From: Ascidiella aspersa
Taxonomy: Eukaryota
Assembly (NCBI GenBank): GCA_963924565.1
Contig: OZ004611.1
Coordinates: forward strand, 25,048,001 to 25,112,000
Reading direction: 5' to 3'
Length of the DNA stretch: 64,000 nucleotides
The notes beneath the pieces are model-generated. The model saw nothing but the letters and a program-made list of their open reading frames with translations. It did not search any database and was not told the origin of the DNA. Position 1 is the first letter of the stretch; every line of letters begins with the position of its first letter. The translations under genes were made by a program, and so were the position numbers. Of the stretch, positions 1-14,650 are shown piece after piece.

Positions 1-1108
1 GTAATTTGAAAATATTTCAAAACTGTTACAAGGAACTTTAAAAATCTCTTCAATTAAAAAAAAATTGTTTTTAAAATATGCGGAGTCCTGGAAGTCTCCT
101 ACAAATACATTAAACTAATTTCCTTCAGCCATGAAGATTGTTTGCTATGGAGTAGGGCGGAATTCCTGTTAAATTAGATTTTTTCAAGTTTCAGTAAAAA
201 ATGCGATGTTAACTTATTGATTTGGCTAAAAACAACTGACCGTCAGAAAATATGAAAAAACAATAAGTCTTCCTTGAAACCCGTGAAACCGATTTTCGGC
301 AATCGGCCTGTATAAAGAGTTTTCTTGAAATTTCGCACGATTAGCGATTGATATAAAGCGACTAATACTGTTAAGCAGTTACAAGAGACCCCCTTTTACA
401 AGAACAACCGTGATTCACCAACGGGGGCCCACCCACAACGATGTTGGCCGGGCAACCAAGCAAAGGCGACAAATCAAAACGTTTTCCTAGACAAGAGGAA
501 ACGCTAATGCGCGGCTCCGGTGACTGACAGATCGCCTTCAGTGGACGATAACAATGACGTAGGCTGTCTATTTTACGACCAATAGTGACGCAAGGCAAGG
601 TTTGGGCGCAAGTTTGACTGGAAGAGTGGAAGTGTAAGGACAGCACAAGCGCTGTAATTGAATTCGGTGGATTAGTGTAAGGGATTTGCATTATTCTTGA
701 ACACGATGTAGTCAGCTAAAACGCAATGCACGGTTAGTGATCAATGTGGGATCACATTTCCTGACAAATTCCTTGACTTTTAGGAAACTAGAAACACTTG
801 TTGGTCACCGTTAGAATGTTTCATTTTTTCAGGAACGTTTCGGATAAGAAATCCAAACTTTTCAAGAGATTTATTTCTATGTGGGCGCTGGTCTAGAATC
901 CTACTCCTTTTTTACAGTAACGCAACGAGTTGTGAAAATTGTAATTTCCAGGAAGAAATAAATATAATAATAATACTTGATCAACCCAAACCCAAACGCT
1001 AACTCACACCGTATTCCAAATAATGTTAGCAATATAAACGGCAGGAAGAAATTGAAATAGGATTCTATACCAGCGCCAAAAAAACAGTTTGACAAAAACT
1101 ATTCTCAC

Positions 1109-1171
1109 CTTCTTCATCAACGCCGGGAACTGTTGGTATTTCGACAAACTTTGGTCTTCTATTCACAGAAG
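1109..1171 (-). CDS. Internal coding exon (phase 1-1, 63 nt) of an unidentified minus-strand gene: (A)SVNRRPKFVEIPTVPGVDEE; the gene continues beyond the left edge
   Basis: Minus-strand acceptor ttttgtttattttgtag and donor G|gtgaga; open frame that joins in phase with the exon at 1308-1356. No family recognised. Confidence 0.6.
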
Positions 1172-1307
1172 CTACAAAATAAACAAAAAACATTTAAATC
1201 TGATATCCGTTAGTGTTATTGCAACGTTCTGAAAATATCTACAACTTATTAAATTGATAATATATTTCCAAGTAGTGTTCTAGGAAAGGTTTTGCAAACT
1301 TTCTCAC

Positions 1308-1335
1308 CTCTTGAATTTGTATCAAATGACGCCAT
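1308..1335 (-). CDS. Probable first coding segment (MASFDTNSR) of the same gene; the exon spans 1308-1356
   Basis: Acceptor ttatttaaag at 1357, ATG at 1335-1333, donor AG|gtgaga at 1307. Its phase-1 end matches the next exon. The 7 codons upstream of the ATG are also open, so the exon could be internal. Confidence 0.55.
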
Positions 1336-2209
1336 CGAATCTTGATTTGCTGTGTGCTTTAAATAATCCAAAATAATATTTAGTAAAAACAAATAAATAT
1401 ACTCAGCAGTTGGGTAACAGAAATTTCATTGTACAAGTTATTTTCTGCAAAAAAGGATAAACGTAATGGTTAAGACATAATCCCCTTTAAACTTCACTTA
1501 GTTCAAATAAATGTAAAAAAATTATATAAATAGCAGACAAAACTCTGAATCAATAGAATATTGCGACAAACATGATTGCCACATTGCACTACATTAGCTA
1601 TTTCTGTTCTGCTCGGCAGCGTACAGCGAAACTTAATTAAGGCTCAACAAACCCTTCCACAATCTTTGGCCACAGTTGTCATTCAAGAGAGCGCAAACAA
1701 AAAACGACAAACGACAGAATAACTATTACCGACGATAATTACCCGCTATTCAGCGCCCATTAGGCCCCGCCCGATCCTCTCCTGCCCTAAGACCTTGGCG
1801 CACACGTGTCTATGACGTCACAATTACATGGATGAGGCCTTCGCGATGCGCACACAGCGCCAGGAAACTTCTCGGCCGAAATCGTAGACGAATCAGCTGA
1901 AAAATCCCGTTTGCAAGTTGTGCTCGGGCCTCCTTGAAGCGGTCTGTTTCGGAAATGTACACGCGCACTATTGGCTGCCTTTTAAATAACCTTCCCGAGA
2001 GTGAGGTCACAATGGCGCCGCGATACGTTTCCTTTATTGCGTCACGCTGTGCGATATCGATGCAAACGCGAGCGGCCTGCCGACGTCCTCTTTGGAGATG
2101 ACTAAAAACTACTTCGAGAGCTGATTTCCGAAACCTCGTCCGATTACTTTTTGGAAGGATTTCCGACAAAACTAAAATTAGCATAGGAAGATGACTTAAC
2201 GTTACTCAC

Positions 2210-2870
2210 CAAGTCAAATATTTCCAACTAACTCCTACATATTGCTTGCCTCGCTACTAGCACTGCTCAGCAAGTAGCGTGAAGTGCCGACTGACCCGAC
2301 TCTTCTAAACCCATAATATTTATAAACATTGTCAAGTTTGTGACTCGCACACAATCCTTTCCAACTAATTGCAGTTCAACATAATCCTCTCCGCAATGCG
2401 TCCAAGCCACTTCAGCATAACCATTTAACCACTGTACAACAATACAATCAACTGCAAAGAGTCGTAAATCTGCTTGAATACTAATGCTGAAAACGTGCAA
2501 TCCCTGATTATACCTTTACTTTACAGCAATACAAACGACTCATTAGAGATTGTTTTGCAAAACAAACAACTGCAACTTTACTGTTACAAAGGGCACTTGA
2601 AAACGAAATACCAACTGCACAACAATACAGTCAACTGCAAAGAGTGGTAAATCTGCTTGAATACTTCTGCTGAAAACGTGCAACCCCTTATACCTTTACT
2701 TGGAAATACCAGCGACTCATTAACAACTTTTTTGCAACAAACCACGGTTGCAACATTACTGTAACCAGCAAGAGCACTTGAAAAAGAAACTGCCAGTAAG
2801 CAAGCAAACAACTGGCTGAAGCCAGTTAAGAGTCTAGAAAACCGCAGGGACCGAAGCAACAGCTTCAACA
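2210..2870 (-). other. Candidate non-coding 5' exon/leader of the minus-strand gene
   Basis: Consensus donor TTG|gtgagt at 2209-2204; G/T-rich sense strand; a GC-rich promoter-like block lies just upstream (2860-3060). The 5' boundary is a guess. Confidence 0.3.
2429..2790. repeat. Diverged tandem duplication, 2 x ~182 bp
   Basis: 2429-2610 and 2611-2790 share blocks tcaactgcaaagagt, gtaaatctgcttgaatact, tgctgaaaacgtgcaa, ttatacctttactt and gcacttgaaaa in the same order. Confidence 0.9.
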
Positions 2871-5800
2871 GCCTCGGATTTGTTTGCCTTTAGCGCCCAG
2901 CAATATAATCGAAGGCGGGCGAGCAGGCTGAGGTGCGACTTTTCGTGCCCGTGGCGCAATCGGCTCGAGGTACAAACGCTTCTTGGCGTCTCTCCAACGC
3001 TGGGGGCGAAATTAATTAGCAGAGGTTTTCTATTTGCGCGCCCGACAACTGACGATTCGCCGAAACATCAAGGTATGGGGAGATTTTTAGGAAAATAAAC
3101 TGCTGATTGATTTTTTAAACACACATTTTTCAAACTAAAAAAAAGCTTTGTTCAATTTGTTTCATATAAAAATAATCGTCTACTTATTTTCGATAAATTC
3201 AGTAAATAAAAAAGTGCTTGTTATTTAGTAGGTAGCAAAATTATTTGTTAATCTGTATATTAATCGGTAACGAGAAAAAACAACAATTGTAAATTAGAAA
3301 AAGTGGAAGTCTTTTAATTACATTCGTTTCAACTGAGGTGACTTGCACCTAAGCAATTACAGCTTTTCAACACCGTGGCACTACCAGTCGCTTTAAAAGG
3401 CGTAAATAGCCAAAACCACAAACTACTGGTGAAACATTAACCCAAACTCCGCGAGGGGGGCGCTCTTTTTACGTCACAATACTAACACGCGCGCGATTAC
3501 ATGGGAAATAAACTTCCAGGCGCATCCGGCGCCCGCCCTCCGCTATCTGATCGCGCCCGAGTAATTTACAAGCTGATACGAGGCCGGTCCGGTAAAAATA
3601 AAAGGCAACGTTCGACTTTCGACTTTCTTGTGTACTTAAGGTCACATTTGATAGATTCGGTCGTTTACCTTGTTACTGGCATGAGAAGAACTGAGTGCAT
3701 GTAAACCTTCAGAACCTAAAGGGATAACCTGAGCGGAATAATTGATAAACAACATCAGCAACAATAATTATTATTTTAACGACGAATACTAATTAAAATT
3801 TATAAGGGGTAATTAGTCACACGTTAAGAACCACGGCTCTACATATATGTTATCGCTTACCTTGCGTTAAAAGCCATATTTTAGTTCAAAAACTTGCAGA
3901 AACACAGCTGTTGTACAAAACGCCAATACTTTTTTTAATTTCTTTCTTTGAATAACGCTTTTCTAGTTTAATTTCGGCTGAAGTTCGCCTAAACGCAGTT
4001 TGAAGCGATTTAAATGCGAGTGATTTAATGCTTCTTTATTTGTACTGCCGTTTCCTATTCCCGTACGTTGGCGGATTAAGTCATGATCGTAGCGTCGCGA
4101 CCGACCGACTGATTCACAAAAAGTTTCCTGTTGACATATAAGCCCTATTTGCGTGGGATTCTCACCGGGGCTTGGGACTGGGGTTGAAGTTGTTCCCTGT
4201 ATAGTAGCCCCAAGTTAAAAAAACGTACGTGGTTGAGTTGAATTCCGCTTCAAAGCGATGGTGAAATCTTGAAATGTAAAGTTTGTTCGTTACCACTTCC
4301 GATTGCAACACAATGTAGCAAGTAATCGTTTTTGTTTTTTTTTGGTTAACATTATTTTTTGGGGGGGATTTTTGGTTAACATTAATTTACAAAAAGAAAC
4401 GGTTTAGAAAGTCGCAATTAAGTTGTTAAGTATTATTTCGCTATAAAATATTTCCGCTGAATTTATCAAAAACACATAAAACTACAAGTCAAACAAGTTC
4501 ATTCGATGCACCGGAGTCTCGCAGAGCCTGCCGGCAGACGACAAACATGCTCGACTTTAATTCGCCTAAATTGGCCGCAAAAAGCGCAAGAAGCCGCCTA
4601 ACCACGTTAAAGTGTCGGGACGTGTCAGCGCGAAAAGCTGGAATGTGACCTTGCAGTTTAAAGGCGGTAAACAGAGCAGCACCAGACTTCACGCCAAGCT
4701 CAACAAAATGACTGAAGACCACACACGGCCTATATAATGGCAACAGTGGTAGCCAGACAACAGTGTGCTCTGGGTGTTTTGACAAGCCGGCCATAAAAGT
4801 ACACACGTAAACGCCGGTAACGCCGGTTCAGGAATTCCTAACATTCGAAGAGGTTCTTCACTATTGCTAGCTTAGCACTCAGTAACGCGCACATATCCAA
4901 ACAAAGTAGGGTGACCGTAAAAACTACTTGTATCTGCTGCAAACAAAGTTGTAAACCGATGTTTCTCGAACAGGTGCCTGTTAACCTCATTAAGATTAAC
5001 TAACTGAAACTTACGAAGGTTAAACATCTTCTCATTGACTAAGAGCTTACCTGGTGAAGCTATCTCTAACACAGCTCTGCTTACAAAATAAAAACTAGCC
5101 AGTAACAGACAGAAATAATTGACGCTCAAATACACTATTTTGGAAAGTCAAGCCAACACCGCACACCATACTATAGAAAGTTTTTTTTTAGGCAAAATTT
5201 CTTTTCCCGATGTCAAATCACAGCCTTTACACGCAATCGCGACAAAGTTTCCGCGAAATGCCCAGAAAACTCGGGAACAAGTGCGAGCCTTGTGCGTGGG
5301 GCCGCTAATCACGTCGATGAATCAGCAACTCGACTCATCGCTGTTTTAGGTTTCAAACTAAGCGACGTAATTCGACACAGAATACGATTGTGACGCTTAC
5401 GAAATCCGTCAAGCCGCTTCGAGTTATTTTAATTCCAGCTGATTAAACACATTAACCTCCAAATCCAATCAAAGGCTAATATAACCGAACAAGTTTTAAA
5501 CGATTTTTAATTAGATTGACTATAATATTAATGAGAGAAGATCTTCATATTTAATCACATAAACCCAAGATTTGTAAAATAAAATATAGGTTAGTTGGCA
5601 ACACGTGGGTAATAACAATTTTTTTTTACGAAAGCGCAAAAATATTTACCTCCAGCGTTTTTACTAAACGTCAACTGCGTTTTTTCTTTACTTATTTAAC
5701 TAAACTATGAATGCGAAAGTTTCTCTTCTAAAAGTCTCGATGCAACCTCTCCCAATACAAACTTTTTACACTTTACTCGACAAATATATCTTTCGTCTTA

Positions 5801-8800
5801 GTTCACTCCCCAACTGTCATGCGGTTGACAAATGAAGAATAGTCAGGGCCTCGATGGAAGAGTTACAAGTTGCAATGCTCCAAATGCCCCCAAGGCACTG
5901 GTTTTGTTCGTATTCGTTCGGTACCAGTCAGCAAATAAGAAGGGATTTACGTCAATATACTTCGTAATTGGATTGGTTAATCGCCTTCATAATGATGGCA
6001 GGCGTAACGAATTGAACGCAAATATGTTTCAAAGGAGTGTCAATGTAAAGGCATTAGGGTTTGCTCAAGAGTGATATTTTAACACCGCTAAGTAACTTTC
6101 AGGCGGCATTTAGATACCGAAATAAATATAATTTCTACGGACTTTAATCAGTCAAAAGTGAAAGTCTTAAATCTGTTATTTTCATTGAAAAATTTGTGTG
6201 ACCTTCAAACACAGTCAACATACCGGTTTGAAAGATCGCAGTTTAGTTTTACACAATTAACTAGGTTTAATTCAAACATATAAAAATTAACTCGTTTCAT
6301 GAAAAGATTTAAAAATTGACTGGTTTTCTTGAAAATTCTCACGACTGGATAATGTCTTATCGCATCAACCTTGACAACTTTAAAGCAACCCGAGACAGTG
6401 TTTACTAACACGACCGAGAAACGATAACATTGCAACGTTTCGTGAGAAAAAATTCTTTCACTGTTTTATTTGAACCCCAGTATACTACCTAATGAGCTTG
6501 TTCTTAAGGCAAAGTAATTGCCCTGTATGACTTCGGTAGGATAAAAACACAGTATATAACCAACAAATGCATATCTACATCAATAGTCTATTTCTTTCCG
6601 ACAAACGATGTTATTGCAACAGACCGCTACAAATACCCCCTAGTGTGTATTTCTAGCTTAATACAGAAACAAATTGTTGTCGTAATACCCAGCCTTTCAA
6701 TTTGCTAAACCACTTGTTAAATCGTCTTTTTAGCACAGATATACGTCACGAAAAGCTTATGGTTTCCAGCAATGGTAGCGCAATTTCGACATGCTATCCA
6801 GTTACAACCTACGTCACTTTCTTCTGGCCGACAATAAAACAAATCGAAACATGATATTATTACGATAGCTCTACCAATTAGTTCTATTCTCGATTTTGCT
6901 GTGAATGGAGCCTGGGAAATTTTCGTTCCTTCGCTTGCACCACTTCTGAAAACAAACACGGCCGTCGTAAAGCAATCGAATCTCGCGACTTCTAAACCGC
7001 ACGTCTGACATGATACACGTTTCATCAAAACACGGCGCTCTTTAGTTGGACAAAGTGTCCCTACACAAAAGTCCCGTCGCGGGTTGCAATCGAGCAACGT
7101 AGGTCAGTAAAACAAGGGTTTGGTAAGGAGGTTTAAGCGCACTAAGCAGTACTCAACGTCGCCCGAAGCCCTTGGTTGATTCACGACCCCCGTTGGCTAG
7201 AAGTGTCATTCAACAGAGCAAAAGCAGAGAACAATGGGCTGCGGAGTGCGCGAGAGCTTTTATTTATTACGACATAGACGCGGGCTTAGCTTAAGCGGGA
7301 GGCACGTTGTTAGTTCATAACACTGTCCGGGATACAATAGGATTATCTGAGGTTACGTAGGGGCGTTTTTCGCCTCTGCTTGACAATTTTAAGATGAAGG
7401 ATCACACTGAATCCCGTGTTATTGATTATTTTCCAATAGATCGTTGCTATTGGTAGTGCCTTGTCGTTACAAAGGCTTAGGATTACTGACCATTTTTATA
7501 TTGTGATTAAATGAGGCTTACATATAACTGTAAAAACAAATATATAGCGCAATATTCTAAACTCGATTCACTTGATATCTGAAGTCAGTTTGGGTATTGA
7601 ATTGGCGCGAAAAATATTACCAAAGCCTCCTTTGACGTGAATTAGACAGAAAATGTACTTTCGACTGGCTAAGCTGTAAATCAATTTTAACTGAACTGAA
7701 AAGTACAAGTTGCCACACATAAGACTGACTCAATAAAAATGCCGAGCGCGTTACATCACATATAGTTACAATGCTGCAGGGCATTAAATACGGTTATGAT
7801 TACACAGTGCGGAGTACCTCTTGAGAGTATAGGCACCGCACAACGTTTGAATTGTGAGGCATCGAGCAATTGTTAAAGGTCAGATAACTCGTCTAATGTC
7901 GGATTATCGTCAAGTTAAAGCACCACAGATCGGTTATAACCACTTCTATTGAGACTTTATGTCGGTTTTCGTTATTCGACTAATCACAACGAACTAAAAG
8001 AAACTTGTAAAATACTACCTTTTCCAAAACTTTCTGTGATGAATTAAAATAAATTCGGTCCTTGGTAACTCTTGTTAATTAGATAATACAAATAACGGAT
8101 GAAAATATTTTCAATATCAAAGTCAGTGTTTTATTTTACTTATGTCTAACAAGGATCGCTAATCCTTTGATCGCAACCTCTCTTAAACATAATAAACGCC
8201 GCTTAGTCATATTCACGCACATGTCGTTCTAAACGCAAGTCACCGAATTAGACTTGACGACGCAGTGGAACAAATAGAGAGTTTCTCCCCACCTCACAAA
8301 CCACTCTATTTCCGATACAAAACAGATAGAGCACATCGTACCGAAGCGGATCATATCTGTCGCATCCGCATTGCCTTTTTCGCAAGGTAAATAAGGGCCG
8401 AGGGTTAACGACTTTCGAGTCCGTTGCTGTGCTGGTTCTGTGAATGGATCCTTTCATTAAATTTCTCGCAGGCAGCACGCGCTTGATTTTAGTACAAACA
8501 GGTTGCAAAACGAATCCGGATACACATCGAAGTTGTGATTTCACGTCTTGACAAAACCGCTTTCTGCAGAACGGACGAATTTAGTAAATGTTTACCGTTT
8601 TAACGCACGAAGGGCACGTAATTGAACTTTGATCGATTTTGACAATTATAGACTGCTTTGTAATTGTATTTTGGAGCTGGGTGTTTTCGTACTTATAAAA
8701 TTCCGTAGAGGTTTACACAAACTTTGTTACTTTTCAATGGTTTGGCATTGCAAATTCGACCAACGACCTAATACTACATTCTTAGTGCTGATCGGCTACA

Positions 8801-11800
8801 TTTATTTTCCTTAGGCGATCTAACAAAAAACCTGACTCGATTCTATACTGGAACACACATATAACGTTTGACATGTTTTCACTTTCTGTTACATATACGA
8901 TAAACTGACTGCTGAAAAGCTGTAGTCCAGCTAATCCTCGTCTTTCGCGACCCATATACCACAATGCATGCGCCACAAAGCAGAGCAGACCGGACTGGTT
9001 GTCCAAAAGGCGTCTTTTAAACAGTCGCCCACTCCACGGTTAAATATTAGCCATAAAAATGCTCCGACAAAGCACTGGAATGACGTAATGTTGACTCGAG
9101 TGTTAGTGGTCTATTTCAACACTAGCCTATTATTGCCTGGACCTACTCATGCCGCTTTACTGCTGGTAGTTGGCTCAAGGTAGTAACTTTTTATTTCTCG
9201 CTCTTTTATTGCTAATGATAAGAGGAGCTGGTATTCTTTTGTCCGCCTTTGCGTTTCCAAGTTCAATACCTCTACAATAAACTTTATAGACGAAGCGTAA
9301 CATCTACGGCTAGGAATGCTTCGATGTTGACAAGGAGTTTCCATTAGGTTGTTTTGTAGATATTACTGTTTTTTTATTATTTAGGCTGATTTAACACTAT
9401 GATAAACCTTTTACACTTTGGCGCATCTGATTAAAAACATTTATATTGCATATTATGTAACAGCGACATAACACTATAGCCTACCAGCATATTTAAATTG
9501 CCAAACTTTGTCAGTTGTCCTTACAAAGCGTATTTTTTTCTTGGGGACTCCAGAGACTTATTAACGAAGTTAAGAGAGGGGTTAGCCTACCGGTAGATCA
9601 TTGCAACACCTTATCTCCTCAAACCCCTAAGTGTTGAACAGCACCATGGGTACAGTTAAACATCAACTGACAAGCTAGGTTTATGCAAGTTTGTCTTGCA
9701 CTTGACACTTTCAAGGACACCCTCACGATCGCGATATTTAAAACACAAGAAGATCGAAACGTTATGCAGCTATGGCAACGCATCTTTTAACATGATTACC
9801 TCAGCTGGTAAATTAAAAGTGTGTTGACTAGAAAGAAGAAAAAGAATAAATTTGATGTTTCTCAGAGGAATGTTTAGGCCATTGGGCAATGAAATGTTCG
9901 CAACCTCACACAGCGTTTGTGTTTTAAAATTGATGACGTCCTTTTGCTTTTTTTTCAGAAGATAATATCGCACCATCCAATTACTGGGCGAGTTCTGCGG
10001 TTCGGACCAAAGCAAGGCGAACGTGTTTTGACTCCTTGAGCCTTGGGAGTGAATTGTTCCCGCCAACCACATTTCGCAACGTTGCAGCCAATTCCTTGTG
10101 GAGCAATTTGCCCGAATTCAACAAGGCTCTATAGCTTTTTAGCGAGACTCGAGGGAAATATCCAACGCCAAGACATAAACCAAACACAATTTGATAGCAC
10201 GTCGACGGAATTGTTTGAGCAGCTACAGTCTCCAAGGGCGTTAGTGCTAGGGATAAAACAGCGGGGGTTCATTTATTTTTCGTAGCGCTCTCGAGTGTGT
10301 GGGATATCCAGCTGTTATCGAAAGGTCTAATCCCTTCTGTACGGCCGCTGGTGAAAGTTCTTGACATTTGTTGTTGTTTTTTTCGGGCAAACTTTGCGCC
10401 TGTAATGTAAAGTCCCCGAGGAAATTCAATTTCTAACTTCATTAGCGTTTCGCACGGCCTCTTCACATTCCACTTGTCAACCAAAGGCTGTTCGTAGTTC
10501 AATAACTAAACATTTACCCAGATTATGTAAGGCATTTAAACATACTTAACGGCTTACCCTAATGAGTAATGACATTGTAAACCGCTGTATTTTATCACGA
10601 CAAAAACTGGCCAAAACTTTAAATTTTTGAGTGGCAGAAAATATTTCCGATTGCATGGATTAGTCGTTCGCCAAAAGAGCCAGAACCTTGCATTGTAAGT
10701 TTGTTCCGTTTTTCAAACTAAACCCTTTATTTAGAACTAGGTAAATGACACTTGACTCGCCGCCAAATGAGTAAAGGACAACTACTAATCGCTCTGCAAA
10801 CATTTCAAGTCTCGGACTCCCCGTTTAAGAAAAAAACACAACAACAAAAACGCTCCGGTCGAGTGTTGCCGTGTTTATGTTGCGACGCAAAAGCAAACGA
10901 GCAAGGCAAAGAAATCGGTTTCACGAGAACCCGACAGCTTACAGGGCCCTGTTTTCGCCAGTTTAGCGCCCGGCGAAAATGTGTCGAGCACACTTTGGAG
11001 TTGTCGAGCAAAGTAGAGCGCTTGCCGACCCAATGAAGAGTAGTGGAGCTTTTTTAACGGGCGATAAAGTCTTCGCGACTGCAGCGTGCGTCTTTACGGC
11101 CGCAATTGACACACAAGCGGAATTGGCATTGCTGTTGTTTTTTTTTCTTCTTGCGTGGCAACTGAACCGTCTCGTAGCTCTGTACGGTTAACGACATCAA
11201 TTAAATAATTTTACAACAAAAGTCAAATACAGATACAATTCCTGCCTGGTGCACTGTCCAACACACGATTGTGTTTGTTTTTGAAACTGTTTTTTTTTTC
11301 GCATTTAGCCCAAGATAAAATAATGCGTTAACATTTTAAAACTCAATCTGAGCACTTATAAAGGCACCTGATATATTACAGTCAGCATACAAGCTCCAAC
11401 ACACTTATCCTTTTTTCTATTGACAGCTTTAACTTGAATTAAAAGTATTTTCGTGTCGCAAATAAGTTCTGGGAACTTCCATCCTTCCTTCGACTAAAAA
11501 TCTAAATTTTAATTACGAATGTCATAAAAAATAATCTGAGTCTGAGTGAAAGTTACGTTAATAGGGATCATAACGTGCTTGACAGAAATATCGCACTGGC
11601 GCCGCATCGAGTTTTCTCCTTCAAGACCACGCGGCGCTTATCTGTCACCTGCCCCACGTCCGTCATGACGTAACAGTGAAAGTGCGCGATCGCGTCGAGC
11701 GTTGTTGCGAAACACCGCGCGTCACGGGGCGTACATGTGGCGCTGGAAGCTTTTAAGGCTCACTGATCCAAAAACGAGATTCTTTCCAGCCGCCTTTGCC

Positions 11801-12529
11801 GCTTTTGTGGGATTAGGAGGAATTTGCCGTCATCGGCTGACAACGCGAAAGCCGGTATTTTAAACTTGCCAAAAAGCCTAAAAATCAGCCGAGAGTCAAT
11901 TGCAGTTTACAACCAATCCCTGCCCACGTGTTTACAAGGTTTTCGCACTGTGAAAAGTTGTAAAATCAGTACTTTAAAAATATTTAAACAGTAGTTTATA
12001 TAAAAGCGAACGAATACTACTTAAAATTATAACTACTCTCAAAAGTCACTCATTGGTTGTTCAAGGTTAAATATATTCTCCCAAGGTCAATACAAACCAC
12101 AGGTCGGCGTATTTGCCATCCACGGTCGCAAATAGAAACGCAAGGTCATCCAGAATTCAATACGCGCGAATCGAAGTGTCAATTAAAGTTATTTCTGTTG
12201 TTTTTTTAAAGTGCTACCGGTCCGAGCGAGTTAATAATGACCAGACTTGGTTCAGGCAGGCGAAGTTCGGGCGTCAAAAAGCAATCAAGAACGCTGGATT
12301 TAGCCACTTCAGTACATCCTCACTTCGCCTGTTCGACCCGCATCGAATTCCCGCTATTTCGCTTCAAACTTGTACCTTACAAAACAGTCTCGAGAGCCTT
12401 TGAGTGCTGCATTCAATGTCGAGTCTGGCTTTACGGAAAATAAGGCACGAAGGCCTTCAATAACGGCCAGCCGGAAAGGTTATTAAAATGAACAATACTT
12501 TTATGTGAATGTTTTAGTTTAAATGGCTT

Positions 12530-12645
12530 TCACTGTGTTAAAAATGAATAAAGAGTTATTCGAAACGTTCAAAATGATACCTACTTCTGTATGGGCTTTG
12601 ATATTCTTACTACGTCTTACTACAAGCTCCAACGATTATGCCCCG
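12530..12645 (+). mobile_element. Family P copy 1: 5'-truncated 3' end of a Penelope-like element (direct arm plus tail)
   Basis: Matches the 57159 copy (aagagttattcgaaacgttcaaaatgatacctacttctgtatgggctttgatattctta plus a ~35-nt tail); degenerate flanking direct repeat 11/15 (12515-12529 vs 12646-12660). Confidence 0.7.
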
Positions 12646-14204
12646 TAGCTTAAGTTGTTTATTAAAGTTTCAGCTACGACTTTAAAACCTTTAAAGTTAT
12701 ACTATGAGTGATACAAGGCTGGCACATTATAAACCATTATGTGGAACTTGAAACACCGGCCTTAAGGAAACCTTAACGTCTGAACATATCGCGTGGGTTA
12801 AATGGTGTTTCTAAATCGAGACATGAGCGCAATTATAGTCTGGAATGTAAAAATACGGAAGAGTAATTTCACATTAACAGTATGAAGTTAGTTTAGTGAA
12901 AAGTAAACTAAACTGGTATTTTTCGTTTGCAAGAAATTTAACGTTACTGTATGGACATTAAATGTAAAATACCTTGACAATAAACCAACGATACCGATTA
13001 AAGAACATCTGCGCTCTTCGCAATTCCTACCAATTTACGCCCGAGAAGTGTATTTAACGCAAGTTCTTTCTCCAATCTCGAAATTTCTGTGGCGAGCCAG
13101 AAATTACACGATAGAATGCGTCTCGTAACACTCGATTGCATTGGTCGGAGAGTTACCCGGGCCGTCGAACCCACAATTAACATACTTGGAGCCCGGGCTG
13201 GAATTGTTTTCATAAGCGAGAGAGGCCTCGATAAGCCGACGCTACTTCAAAGCCGTACAAGGCAAGCTATGTAGAGGCAGCGAAGCGAATATTATGTCTA
13301 AATGTGCCGCCCCCATTGCGCAATGTCACTGAAAGATTGCATTGCGTTCCTTAGAAAAGCTGTGCAAATGGTAGAATACGATAATTAAGTTTGAGTAAAA
13401 GTTGTAAAGTTTTCAAACTAAAACAGTCCATCTGATTGGTTCTGTTTTATCTGGCAGATTCTACTTCAACCTTTAACAAGTTAGTTATAAAAGACGGGTT
13501 ACCTGTATATTACATACAATATAACACTAAATATGTTCAATTTGTAGACAACACAATGTTACTCAGCAACAACTCAAATATTTCATACAAAGCCCAATAA
13601 AACACTAAACTCTAATCTGTAAAGGCAAACTACCTTATTCGATGGTTTATTCCTCTATCAATATTTCGCTGTAGCAAACACCTTTCAGCTAAACATCAAT
13701 AGTTAAAAAACCTTAACGCTAATCCGAACAGAATCAAAATAAAGCGTACTAGACATTTCTTTCGGGTTAAGTTTTTTGGAAATAAAACTATACAAAGCTT
13801 CTGACATAACCGGTCCTTTCTGTACCTTTCGGAATCCAAGGCATTCAGACACCTTTCGCGTAAATCACCGACCAAAAAGCGGCTGAGGAAAAATCTCGAC
13901 TAAGCCGTACAACGCACGAGGATAAATCCAGTATCGAGTTTTGGTGCGCGCACATACTTGGACTGAAACAGAGCGGAGCCGCGATGATGGCAGAGAAAAA
14001 AGGGGCCCCGCGGCGAGCCACTAAGATCGTAACTCGAGCGTACGCCTTTCGCCTTTTTCTCGCGCCCCCTTGTACTTTCATTGTTACGAAAGAATGCGGC
14101 GCTTTTTTGGCCCTTTTGAGGCGTGTCGTCATCGATAAATAGCCCTCTATGCGCGAATAACAATGCGGCTGCGCGCTGAAGGCTGCGAGATTAAAGTGCT
14201 TCGG

Positions 14205-14650
14205 AAATTAATTAACGGAAATTAATTTCGTTCAATTTTAAAGTTATTGATTGTTTTTTTGTGTGAATGTTTCATCCAAACTAACCCGAAACCATAGTTT
14301 CATTTTAACCAAAAAACTCCTTACACAAGTATTTTTATTTTCTATAAAAATTGAATAAAATTAATTAACGCAAATCTTTTTGCTAAATTTTAAAGCTATT
14401 GATTGACTTCTTGTTAAGTTTTTAATTCCCAAAACCCGCGGACACAACGGTTTTATTTTAACCAAAAAGTACTTATACGAGTATATTTATTTCGGTTTTC
14501 TTTAAAATTGAATGAAATTTAATAACGCAGTTCCTTTTGTTAAATTGTTAAATAAGTTATTGATAGACTTCTTGTTAAATTTTTTTCCGAAAACCCTACA
14601 CGACGGTTTTATTTTAACCAAAAAAGTACTTAGACGAGAATATTCACTTC
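14205..14650. repeat. AT-rich tandem repeat, 3 x ~150 bp
   Basis: Three copies of aattaa(t)taacg...aag(t/c)tattgat...ttttaaccaaaaa...ctta(c/t/g)ac. Confidence 0.85.

Noticed and set aside
1403-1444. Extra minus-strand exon after a strong ttttttgcag acceptor
   Set aside because: It would need a 46-nt intron and its phase does not fit; it may be an alternative non-coding acceptor but cannot be supported.
9958-10134. Open frame after a strong + strand acceptor ending ...AANSLWSNLPEFNKAL*, faintly like LINE ORF2 C-termini
   Set aside because: Similarity is limited to a few residues; no RT sequence or partner exons.
12441-12860. miR-124-like (taaggcacg, 12441) and miR-1-like (tggaatgtaaa, 12841) words
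   Set aside because: Only 9-11 nt match, with no precursor hairpin.
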